A DNA stretch of 64,000 nucleotides from a virus: positions 1 through 64,000 of the IMG/VR virus record IMGVR_UViG_3300042894_002769. The stretch is one strand, 5' to 3'. The notes below the pieces were generated by a model, which did no database searches, was not told the origin of the DNA, and saw only the letters and a list, made by a program, of their open reading frames with translations. Position 1 is the first letter of the stretch; each line of letters starts with the position of its first letter. Shown in pieces: positions 37,123-45,502 of the stretch. The position numbers were made by a program, and so were the translations under genes.

Positions 37123-37557
37123 TTAATCCTCCCATTTTTGAATCTCCGATAATAATTGCATCAGGTCTCCGGATAAAGTGACGGCTTTAAAATCACCGTC
37201 CAATCGATAATATTTTTCAAGCGCTCCGCGTGCGTCCATAATATTTTGTACGGCTCTATTTTTCGCGGCTTGCCGATTTATAGCGCGGTCTAGTGTTTGA
37301 GCGTGCTTTCTTGTTGTCGTATCTCTAACGACGTATTGAGCAACAATAGCGCGTAATTCATCAGGCGTGGCGCTGGTATAAATTGCCTCATCGTTTTGTA
37401 GTGTAACGATGTATAAAACAAAGTCAGAAAAATGTAAAATGTCCATGGTTTGCGCTTCGCTGTCGTCTATAATTTCCACTCCCTGTGATACAGTCGCGCG
37501 TAAAGTAAAGCGCTGTATTTTTGCCGCGTTCGCGGCTCTTTCGTGTTCAGTTATCAT
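37123..37557 (-). CDS. Early hypothetical protein
   Basis: 144-aa ORF with GGAG RBS. Confidence 0.65.
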   Translation of the reverse strand: MITEHERAANAAKIQRFTLRATVSQGVEIIDDSEAQTMDILHFSDFVLYIVTLQNDEAIYTSATPDELRAIVAQYVVRDTTTRKHAQTLDRAINRQAAKNRAVQNIMDARGALEKYYRLDGDFKAVTLSGDLMQLLSEIQKWED

Positions 37558-37611
37558 TTTTTTTCTCCGGTGGTGGTGGTTTGGCGCTGGTGGTGTCCAG
37601 CGCCTTTTGTT

Positions 37612-37821
37612 TTAAATAAATCTCATTTTATAGAGTAGCGCATCCTGCAAGATAATTTGATTTTTGAATCCTGCCGCGGTCAATGCTTTGCTTGTTGCTA
37701 GCATCTCTGAGGTGGTCAAGTTTTTAAAGATAATCGAATACTCATCACTATTAAATGAAAGTACTCCAGCATTTTGCAGGTGGAGGCTGGTGTAAAGTTC
37801 TACTAATTGCGAGTAAGTCAT
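37612..37821 (-). CDS. Early hypothetical protein
   Basis: 69-aa ORF, first gene of the block; same 19-nt leader as the next gene. Confidence 0.6.
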   Translation of the reverse strand: MTYSQLVELYTSLHLQNAGVLSFNSDEYSIIFKNLTTSEMLATSKALTAAGFKNQIILQDALLYKMRFI

Positions 37822-38066
37822 GATTTTAATCTCCGGTGGTGGTGGTTTGTTGTTTGGGTTTCATTTACAGCGCGGTTAGTGTATCGCGTTTTTTAAAAAA
37901 GTTTTAAAAAAGTTTAAAAATATTTTTCTGTTTTTTCGTAACTTGTTGAATTATAACGATATTTATTTTTTTCAAAAATTTTAAAATAAACATTTTTCGG
38001 ATTTTTTCCGCACTTGTTGCGGGTGTCATACTGGTAAGCGCTGCCGGTTATATCTCCACCTTGCAA

Positions 38067-38137
38067 GCTCTGCAGCTCTGCAGCTCTGCAGGTGTTCAGG
38101 TAGGTGTTCAGGTAGGTGTTCAGGTAGGTGTTCAGGT
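38067..38137. repeat. Two abutting microsatellites: (GCTCTGCA)x3 and (AGGTGTTCAGGT)x4
   Basis: Read directly; perfect copies. Confidence 0.95.
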
Positions 38138-38145
38138 CTGCCGGA

Positions 38146-38335
38146 ATTTTGACGCGTCAATTTTACAGCGCGTCAATTCTCTGGCATGTCAACTTTCTGA
38201 CGCGTCAATTCTATGACGGTGTCAATTTTCTGACGCGTCAATTCTATGACGGTGTCAATTTTCTGACGCGTCAATTTTGTGACGCGACAATTTTTTGACG
38301 CGTCAAATTTCAGGCGCGACAATTTTTTGACACTC
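38146..38335. repeat. Tandem array of 11 units of 16-17 bp with palindromic core TGACGCGTCA
   Basis: Cores start at 38150, 38166, 38182, 38198, 38214, 38231, 38247, 38264, 38280, 38296, 38312. Confidence 0.92.
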
Positions 38336-38388
38336 CCTGCCGCCTGTGGAATTTATGCGAGCGAATCCGCAAGGGGATGCAATGGCAA

Positions 38389-38428
38389 TAAAAAAAAGCG
38401 CATGATAGATTTTACCCATCAATGCGCT
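38389..38428 (-). terminator. Intrinsic terminator after clamp-like gene
   Basis: AGCGCAT...ATGCGCT stem with U-tract on the minus strand. Confidence 0.6.
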
Positions 38429-38504
38429 GTCGTCTGTAAAATTAATTGCCTTGGTTAGCCTTTAGCATTAATTGCCTTGGTTAGCCTTCATGCCGTTAGC
38501 CTTC

Positions 38505-39542
38505 TTAGTGACGTTGCCCCATTGCAATATTGTACCCGTTAGCCTTCTCGATGACTGCACACATTTCGGTAAAAATAATTTCAACGTCGTTAGCCTTCTC
38601 GATTGTGAGTAAATCAATCAGATAGTTACATTCAAATCTACCTATAATTTGGATGCCCTTAGTATTATTGTCGTGGTTAGCCTTTACGCTAAACAGCGTT
38701 TTCTTTTCGTGGTCAGCTATGTCGTGAAATAGTAAATCGTTTCCATCCAGTATCACAGTCACACCTTTTGACTTATCCACTGATAATAAATTACTGAGGT
38801 TAGCCTTCAATCCTTTAAGCATTTCCTTTCTTTTAACTGTCACAGTGGTTAATTTATTATTGACATATTGCGCCATCAACCTGTCAAAGCTAGGATATTT
38901 AGAGTTGATTGGCGTTACATACAAGGCAAAGTCAACACCATTAAATTCAATAACGCTCAAATTACCTTCTTTTGTGTACCTGACGTAAACATCGACATCG
39001 GCATCAATAATGCTTAATATTTCGACGGCATTCCTTGGTATGAGTACATCAATTAAATGTTTGCATGGAACATCAAGTTTATCTGTTACCAGTCTATAGC
39101 CGTCACTCACAGCGGTGTTGATAGACTTATCTGTAAACGATACGAATTGACTGTTTAAGTAATACCTAACATCAGCTTTACCCATAACAGTCAGGTAGGC
39201 TTTGTTAAACAATTTTGCGGCATTTACTTCACATATTTTAGCCGTCACAGGTGATTCGAGTATGAGCGACTCAAAGCGTTCTTTAAGTACATCCGCAAAA
39301 ACTGTTGATACCGTTAAACTCGGATAAACCGCATTTAAATCCTTACCGTGCATAAGCGCATCAACAAATGAAATTACTGACGGCTTAATGTTATTATTGT
39401 TCTCTGAAAAGTCATTGCGTACCACTAAAGATACCTCAGGACTTGTTGCAAAAACGTGTGATTCTGTTAATAGTACACCGTCACCAAAAATATATTTTTT
39501 GCCAACTGATTTAATAAATTTACTGATAATTTTAGATTTCAT
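38505..39542 (-). CDS. dnaN: DNA polymerase III beta sliding clamp-like protein
   Basis: MGKADVRYYLNS...TAVSDGYRL...VLIPRNAV...INSKYPSFDRLM...F...YLIDLL match clamp domains 2-3; N-terminal domain divergent. Confidence 0.8.
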   Translation of the reverse strand: MKSKIISKFIKSVGKKYIFGDGVLLTESHVFATSPEVSLVVRNDFSENNNNIKPSVISFVDALMHGKDLNAVYPSLTVSTVFADVLKERFESLILESPVTAKICEVNAAKLFNKAYLTVMGKADVRYYLNSQFVSFTDKSINTAVSDGYRLVTDKLDVPCKHLIDVLIPRNAVEILSIIDADVDVYVRYTKEGNLSVIEFNGVDFALYVTPINSKYPSFDRLMAQYVNNKLTTVTVKRKEMLKGLKANLSNLLSVDKSKGVTVILDGNDLLFHDIADHEKKTLFSVKANHDNNTKGIQIIGRFECNYLIDLLTIEKANDVEIIFTEMCAVIEKANGYNIAMGQRH

Positions 39543-39599
39543 TTTAATTCGCCCGTGATTTTAATTAGTGTTTACTTTATTTAACCATTTCGCTTTTAT

Positions 39600-39995
39600 T
39601 CAGCAAATAACTTTAACGATTTCGTAACCGTAATCATGCGCAATTTCAAGCAATGTTCGTTCAATTCTACCTTCGCTAATTGAACTAAATGCGCTAAATC
39701 CTGCATTTTGGACAGCTTCCTGAGCTGCGACATTGTGCTTATTGTATCCGCCACCGCTAGCCTTACCGTTGCCTTTTGAATAAATACCGTTTTCAAAATC
39801 GCCCAAGCCATAAGCGTGAAAGTCAGCATAGATTGTACTGGCAGAAGCACTGCGCCCACTATAGATACCCAGTTCCATAATGGTGCGAATTTCGTTATCA
39901 ACTAACGCGACAACAACATACTTTTGCACGCATTCTTTATCAGAATGATTTTGAAAACGAGGTGATACTTTTGATACATCGAATTTAATAGCCAT
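39600..39995 (-). CDS. Hypothetical protein
   Basis: Likely start MAIKFD at 39995 (RBS GGAG); GNGKASGGGYNK motif. Confidence 0.65.
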   Translation of the reverse strand: MAIKFDVSKVSPRFQNHSDKECVQKYVVVALVDNEIRTIMELGIYSGRSASASTIYADFHAYGLGDFENGIYSKGNGKASGGGYNKHNVAAQEAVQNAGFSAFSSISEGRIERTLLEIAHDYGYEIVKVIC

Positions 39996-40114
39996 GTTAA
40001 TCTCCAAATAATGTGGTAAAGTGTAAGTAAGACAGCGTGTTTTCTCGCTGTTGCTGAGTAATATACCGACATTTTTAAAAAACAAAAGAAATTTTTAAAA
40101 ATTTTTAAAATTTT

Positions 40115-40630
40115 TTAAATTTGAAAAACTAAAGATTCGTCAATTTCTAGGCTATCTTCTTGTTTTATAACGTCAATTAGTGATTTATGATAAGTAACTT
40201 TACCGTCGCGTCCTTTGCGCAATAGGTGCAATCCTTGCGCAGTCGCGTCGCCTTCAGCATCAGCAATGCCTAAATCACAAAGAAGGCTTTTTATCACATT
40301 GCTTTTAACACGGGTCTTAATGCGCAAGGTGGCGAAACTCACAAAGTCAGGTGATGGCGTGTAATCGACATTTTTATGAAATACGCTAGCCGGTTCTCGG
40401 TCTTCAGGCAGCGGTCTTCTGTCAGATTTGTCGAAATTGGTACGCATTGCCCTGCTATTTCGCTTTTCACGTTGTTCGTTAGCCTTTTTAGCGTCAAGAA
40501 ACTTCTGGCGCTTAGGTGACACCTTATTGCTTGGGATTAGCCTTTTACCGGTTTTGTCAAAAACAGATTTGATTTCAGTCAACGGTTTGAGTTTATCGTA
40601 TTCAGACATGCCGTTAGACCTCGCTTTCAA
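40115..40630 (-). CDS. Basic protein with possible C-terminal winged-helix (antirepressor-C-like)
   Basis: K/R-rich N-half; SFATL...KSNVIKSLLCDLGI...ATAQG. Confidence 0.5.
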   Translation of the reverse strand: MKARSNGMSEYDKLKPLTEIKSVFDKTGKRLIPSNKVSPKRQKFLDAKKANEQREKRNSRAMRTNFDKSDRRPLPEDREPASVFHKNVDYTPSPDFVSFATLRIKTRVKSNVIKSLLCDLGIADAEGDATAQGLHLLRKGRDGKVTYHKSLIDVIKQEDSLEIDESLVFQI

Positions 40631-41216
40631 TATAATTGAGAACTATCACAGCAGCAAAGATTAACAATGACCATTTTCGATACCCGCTAATTGTCGCAAT
40701 ATACGGTGATGCGTTAGCCTTAGTTAGCCTTCTGGTTAAACCTTCGTTAACTATCTCAATTAACCCCATGTCACATAAATACTTATCGATGGTCGAGCGT
40801 TTCACGCCACCTAGCACCGACATTTCAAAGACACTCAGATAGCCTTCGTTAAAAGATGTCGTTAGCTGCTCTGCATAACTTTCGTCAATGTCAATGAAAA
40901 GTAAATACTTACTGATATAGGTATCAACAAAATGAACATCTATGTCAGTTGCTGTCGAATCGAGTTCCAGTAACACATTGCTCACAAGGTCTTTTCCATA
41001 ACCAATTACTGAGATGATTGCAATATCAACTGGGATTTCATAATTTTTAACAGCTCTGCGCCCAATGCTCTCAATAGTGTAATCAAGTTTTCTAATTAGC
41101 CTGTCACTGATTAGCCTTTTTAACATAGCGTTGTAATCGGAACTGGTTAGCCTTTCTTTTTTATTAGCGTACTTATTGAACGCTTTAAGAAACGTAAATA
41201 CGTTAGTTTTTTTCAT
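40614..41216 (-). CDS. Hypothetical protein, possible DNA-binding domain
   Basis: 200 aa; LSVFEMS...KRSTIDKYLCDMGLI resembles the neighbour's C-terminal helix pattern. Confidence 0.55.
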   Translation of the reverse strand: MKKTNVFTFLKAFNKYANKKERLTSSDYNAMLKRLISDRLIRKLDYTIESIGRRAVKNYEIPVDIAIISVIGYGKDLVSNVLLELDSTATDIDVHFVDTYISKYLLFIDIDESYAEQLTTSFNEGYLSVFEMSVLGGVKRSTIDKYLCDMGLIEIVNEGLTRRLTKANASPYIATISGYRKWSLLIFAAVIVLNYIESEV

Positions 41217-41258
41217 GTCGTTAGCCTTTAATGCAGTGAATAGAATCGACGCTCGCTA

Positions 41259-41287
41259 AGTGTATCACTACCAAAACAGTCAGTCAA
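41259..41287 (-). promoter_or_regulatory. Leftward sigma70-like promoter
   Basis: TTGACT-17-TACACT with extended TG. Confidence 0.7.
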
Positions 41288-41448
41288 AAAAAAATCTCAT
41301 GAATTTTGCACGAGTTTTAAAATTTTTTTGAAAAAAAAAATAAAAATAATTTTTCACCATCCGCACCCATTGCCGACGACCCCTAAAAAATCCGATTTTG
41401 TTGTAAAAATACCACTGATGTTTAGCCGTCTAAGTAGTATTTTGTCCG

Positions 41449-41893
41449 TAAGTATTTGATTTATATACATATTTTCAAAAATATTTCTTGCAAAATGAAT
41501 AAAATCAATAGCTTGCCATGTTAATATATATGTTATATATAATATATATATTATATATATTTATATATAGTATATACTATATATAAATATATTTTTAATC
41601 GTTACACGATTTACCCCTATACACCCCGTTTTGCTCATCAGTACCTACCACAGATTAGCCCTTCCTGTCAAGCATTATTTTTACTCTATTTTCCACCTAT
41701 CCGAAAAAAAAAACGACTACCCACTTTTTTAAGCACCACTTACCAATAGTGTACAGCTGGTCTACATATCATTTTGCCAATTCAAAAAAAGTCTGTGACG
41801 TTTTTTAATCGACCCTTTTTTAACCTATATTTCAATACGTTGCCACAAAGCCTAAATTTGCATTTTTAAAAACCCCCTTATAACTTATTGATT
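41449..41893. promoter_or_regulatory. IHF consensus sites and AT-rich palindrome (candidate origin or packaging region)
   Basis: WATCAANNNNTTR matches at 41449-41461 (-), 41503-41515 (+), 41881-41893 (-); perfect 38-bp palindrome at 41555-41592. Confidence 0.6.
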
Positions 41894-42009
41894 TATAAAA
41901 ACAACAAGTTTCCACTTCACCTCAATTTTACCAGCTCTCTCATAAAAATTTTCTGATACCACCCACTATTTCCACCATCCCTACCGACCCCCATTTTTAA
42001 ATTAAAAAG

Positions 42010-42038
42010 TTGCACACAACTTTCTACAATGTTAAGCT
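42010..42038 (+). promoter_or_regulatory. Rightward sigma70-like promoter of the replication arm
   Basis: TTGCAC-17-TAAGCT with extended TG. Confidence 0.65.
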
Positions 42039-42045
42039 CTTTATC

Positions 42046-42121
42046 GACCCTGTGAGCGATAATGTTCCGCCATGAACATCTCTACCTATTGAAATTTATC
42101 AATACATCGCTCTCAGCGGTC
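42046..42121 (+). ncRNA. Structured 5' leader (multibranch RNA)
   Basis: Outer helix GACC-CUG-GAGCGAU/AUCGCUC-CAG-GGUC enclosing hairpins AUGUUC/GAACAU and UAUUGA/UCAAUA. Confidence 0.55.
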
Positions 42122-42153
42122 ACTTTACTAATTTCAACAGGACAACCTTACTA

Positions 42154-42780
42154 ATGACTCAATCATCCACTGTGACCCCCATAGAATTAAATTTAACAAC
42201 CATTGCACCATACCTGCACAACGTAAATGTCGCACTGCGGTCTTTCAACAGTCATTGCGAAGCCACATTAGCTCGCGGTGTCGCTTTAGGTATCGAACTC
42301 TTAGCGTTACGCGTGTCTGTTGTGACTCAATTTGAAAAAGCAAAATCAACTTCTATCGAATCGCGTGAAGGTCAAATCGCATGGCGAAATTACGCAAAAG
42401 AAAACATCCCTATCTCAATAACGCATTGCAATCGTTTCATAAACCTTGCACGATATTACATGCAACACGACGCTCTACCTATCCATAGCTCTATAAGCGC
42501 AGCATGCGCAGCAATTGGAGCATCGCCTGAAGTCCTAAAGTCACTTCAAGAACGTGAATCTAATGGCGAAAACATCAGCAGGGATAAAGTAACAAAAGCC
42601 ATTAACCTTTCACGAAATACGCTTAACCTTAAAAAATCAATTCAGGCAGTTAATCAAAACACACTTAAAATCATCGACGGTCACGCACCTAATGAATTAT
42701 CCAAAGACCAATGGTTAATCTTGCGTGACGAATTAACAGATATCGCTGACCACATCACTGCGATTATTAAAAAACTATGA
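42154..42780 (+). CDS. DUF3102-like protein
   Basis: GIELLALR...WRNYAKENIPISITHCNRFINLA pattern. Confidence 0.55.
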   Translation: MTQSSTVTPIELNLTTIAPYLHNVNVALRSFNSHCEATLARGVALGIELLALRVSVVTQFEKAKSTSIESREGQIAWRNYAKENIPISITHCNRFINLARYYMQHDALPIHSSISAACAAIGASPEVLKSLQERESNGENISRDKVTKAINLSRNTLNLKKSIQAVNQNTLKIIDGHAPNELSKDQWLILRDELTDIADHITAIIKKL

Positions 42781-42926
42781 AGAAAATTCGCAAAAGATAC
42801 AAAACACTACGAATTTACGAATCGGATTACCCCAATTTGTTAAAAATTAAAAAATCTCTTAATTTACCTTCGCTATCGGACGCACTGCGATTTGCAATCA
42901 GTACCACTATGGAAATGCGGAAATGA
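42777..42926 (+). CDS. 49-aa ribbon-helix-helix-like DNA-binding protein
   Basis: MKKIRKRYKTLRIYESDYPNLLKIKKSLNLPSLSDALRFAI...; ATGA overlaps with both neighbours; below track cutoff. Confidence 0.65.
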   Translation: MKKIRKRYKTLRIYESDYPNLLKIKKSLNLPSLSDALRFAISTTMEMRK

Positions 42927-45502
42927 ATGACCAACTTAACAATTTGCCGCAAGAATTACGACTATTGCCACAATGGTGCTACACGTCACCTGACCGCAAT
43001 GGTAAATACAAAATTCCAATGGGTAGAAATAAAACCTATGCTGCGAGCAATGACCCCGATACATGGTTAACCTTTGAAGATGCAGTTAGCCTGTCTGAAG
43101 GAAAACCTATTGGCTTTATGCTGTCAGCTAATGACCCCTATGCTGTGATAGACATTGATACGGGATATGCGTTTTGCGATATTGCAGGACAATTGCAACC
43201 CGACTTAGCCTTAATGCGCTATGAGTTTCATCAGCGATTATTGTCGTATTTGAATACCACGCCTACTTATAGCGAGATTACGCTGTCAGGCTACAATTAT
43301 CACACTTGGCATCGATTGCTTGATATGTCGGAGATATTTGCAGGGATTCGTGTATCGAGAATGCCTATTAAATTGCCTGATGGAACGCACCATACGCTTG
43401 ATAATGCGGGGATTGAAATTTACTCTAAGGAGCGATTTATTGTCTGCACGGGTAATTCGATTTCACTAGATACCATTAGCCTTGCGTCTACTGAGTTTTA
43501 TACGTTTTTGGAAAAAGCGCGTAAATTGACGACAAGAGCCGGTGGTAGCAAAGCCAGTGATTCTAAACCGCAAGTGGATACGGATGTGACCGTCCTGTCG
43601 AATTTACTGGGCATTGACTTTGATGAGGATTCTTATGTGAGAGCCATTGATGTTGTGACAGCAATTACCACTGAAGGCAATGCTTTTGAGGAAACCTATC
43701 GTGAGTTATTTCGCGGTGATATGACGGATTATCCATCGCAAAGTGAAGCTGATTATGCGCTGATAATTGCTATAGCCAAAATATCCCCTAATGACCCGCA
43801 GGTATTTAGGTTGTTTCGATTATCTGCACTGGGTAAACGTCCAAAGGCTATGGACAATGATGTCTATTTGCAACGCTCTGTGAATACGGCTAGAGCTGAG
43901 ATTAAGCGCGAAGAATCTGAAATGAATGAAGTGCGTGACTTTATCAATTCGACGAGAAAAGCCAAGGAGAAAAAACCTCAGCCTCGACTATTGACACAGA
44001 CTGCGACGAAATCTGCGATATTGGATGTACATGGTAAGCCACTAGTGTCTACTAGAGTACGTCAGCATAAGAAAGCCATTATGCCTGATATTTCGGATAT
44101 TGTGCCTGAAGGAACTGACCTCAAATTGGTGGGAACTGAAAATGAACTAGACTATCCGCCTGCCTTAGCAGGTGAGCATAGCAATTGGCTAATGGAACAT
44201 GCGCCACAACCAATGGCAGAAGCCTGTATTGTGAACACGTTGTCACTCTTGGCAGGTATTGGCGGAGCGTCGTATAAAATCAACCCCATTAGACCGACGG
44301 GTATTAACAGCTATTTTGTTTTGATGTCACTGTCTGCGACAGGTAAAGATATTTTGCATTCGGGCATGGGGTATATTAAAAAATCGATGGCAGATGTTGC
44401 GCCAGAATTGATAGATTTTATTGATAATAATCAATACAAGTCACAAAGTGCCATTATGCAAGCCATTGATGTGCATAAATTTGATAGCTTTTTGCATTTG
44501 ATTCCTGAATTTTCTAAATTATTGCATAGTGCAAATACTGTGTCACACTACGCAGAACTGTTAAACTTTACCTTATCGGCATATACGGCTTCGAGTGACG
44601 GTAATGAATTGCAAGGTGTGCGTAAGTCGGGATTTGCGACAGGTAAAGCTGGTGCAGAACTTAAACCAAGACCTAATGGCTTTGGGTATTCGTTTTGCGG
44701 TGAATGTACTGAAAATGATTTTAACTCAGCGCTCAATAATGGCATGCTAAGAGATGGCAAATTGTCGCGCTTTATCTGCGTTAGGGGTGATGACTATTTG
44801 ACCATTGGCAACCCCACAAATCCGCATTTACCGCCTAAGTTGAAACATAACTTAGCTAAAGCGATTAAATTTAGTGCTAGTGGTCAAAAAAGAATGATTC
44901 ACATGACCGATAGGGCGCAGCGACTTGACCAAGCATATTATGTGCTGATGTCAGATACGCTTAACCAGCATCGCTCGGTTGATGATGACCCTATGCGCGT
45001 TGTTTATAACCGCGCTAGGCTTAAAGTGTGGCGTGTTGCAGGTAGCCTAGCTATGCTTGAGAATCCTGATGCGCCTATTATCACAGAAGAACAATATTTG
45101 TGGGCAATGGGTCTTGTGAATCGTGATGTGTCAATAATGTCATACAAAATTATTAATCGCATAGTCGGTGATGGCGCGGATGACCATGACAGAATGGATA
45201 AGGTTAAGAGCCTAATTGATGATTTTACGGTTTATGGTTACACGCACAAAGAACACGACGTGCTGTATGGCAATGCGCTTGAGAAACATGGCGTAGTGGC
45301 ACGCAGGGCATTGCGTGAAAGTGTCAAATATTTGCCGATATTTAAAAACCCGCGCACGGGGAAATCGGATGTAGCTTTGATTGATAGTGCAATTAAAAAT
45401 CTTGTTTCAGAAGGCGTGATTAAATATTACGACGCTAAGGCAAGTAATGCTAATTTCGGTATTCGTACCGAGTGTTATTCACTGCAAGGAAAAGTAAAAT
45501 GA
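42923..45502 (+). CDS. NrS-1-like primase-polymerase fused to a DUF3987-like ATPase/helicase domain
   Basis: GFMLSANDPYAVIDID, YSEITLSG..YH, IEIYSKERFIVCTGN, SQSEADYAL helical bundle; Walker-A-like SATGKD. Confidence 0.85.
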   Translation: MNDQLNNLPQELRLLPQWCYTSPDRNGKYKIPMGRNKTYAASNDPDTWLTFEDAVSLSEGKPIGFMLSANDPYAVIDIDTGYAFCDIAGQLQPDLALMRYEFHQRLLSYLNTTPTYSEITLSGYNYHTWHRLLDMSEIFAGIRVSRMPIKLPDGTHHTLDNAGIEIYSKERFIVCTGNSISLDTISLASTEFYTFLEKARKLTTRAGGSKASDSKPQVDTDVTVLSNLLGIDFDEDSYVRAIDVVTAITTEGNAFEETYRELFRGDMTDYPSQSEADYALIIAIAKISPNDPQVFRLFRLSALGKRPKAMDNDVYLQRSVNTARAEIKREESEMNEVRDFINSTRKAKEKKPQPRLLTQTATKSAILDVHGKPLVSTRVRQHKKAIMPDISDIVPEGTDLKLVGTENELDYPPALAGEHSNWLMEHAPQPMAEACIVNTLSLLAGIGGASYKINPIRPTGINSYFVLMSLSATGKDILHSGMGYIKKSMADVAPELIDFIDNNQYKSQSAIMQAIDVHKFDSFLHLIPEFSKLLHSANTVSHYAELLNFTLSAYTASSDGNELQGVRKSGFATGKAGAELKPRPNGFGYSFCGECTENDFNSALNNGMLRDGKLSRFICVRGDDYLTIGNPTNPHLPPKLKHNLAKAIKFSASGQKRMIHMTDRAQRLDQAYYVLMSDTLNQHRSVDDDPMRVVYNRARLKVWRVAGSLAMLENPDAPIITEEQYLWAMGLVNRDVSIMSYKIINRIVGDGADDHDRMDKVKSLIDDFTVYGYTHKEHDVLYGNALEKHGVVARRALRESVKYLPIFKNPRTGKSDVALIDSAIKNLVSEGVIKYYDAKASNANFGIRTECYSLQGKVK

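Larger units (their letters stand above)
38454..43483 (+). repeat. Dispersed polar motif (G)TTAGCCTT, at least 16 copies
   Basis: 9-mer starts at 38454, 38480, 38495, 38538, 38589, 38676, 38799, 40478, 40536, 40713, 40723, 41110, 41146, 41220, 43204, 43475; all the same orientation. Confidence 0.9.

Noticed and set aside
37587-37594. E. coli Chi site GCTGGTGG
   Set aside because: Single copy within a hairpin and TGG-repeat context; host unknown; not meaningful alone.
38146-38335. CRISPR or mini-CRISPR array
   Set aside because: Units are 16-17 bp with 6-bp near-constant linkers; there are no unique spacers and no cas operon.
39596-39901. Alternative-frame 101-aa ORF
   Set aside because: Overlaps the better-supported 39600-39995 gene, which has an RBS and a recognisable motif.
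41555-41592. Protelomerase (telRL-like) target implying a linear plasmid prophage
   Set aside because: No protelomerase or partition genes in the window; the palindrome is low-complexity AT and fits an origin better.
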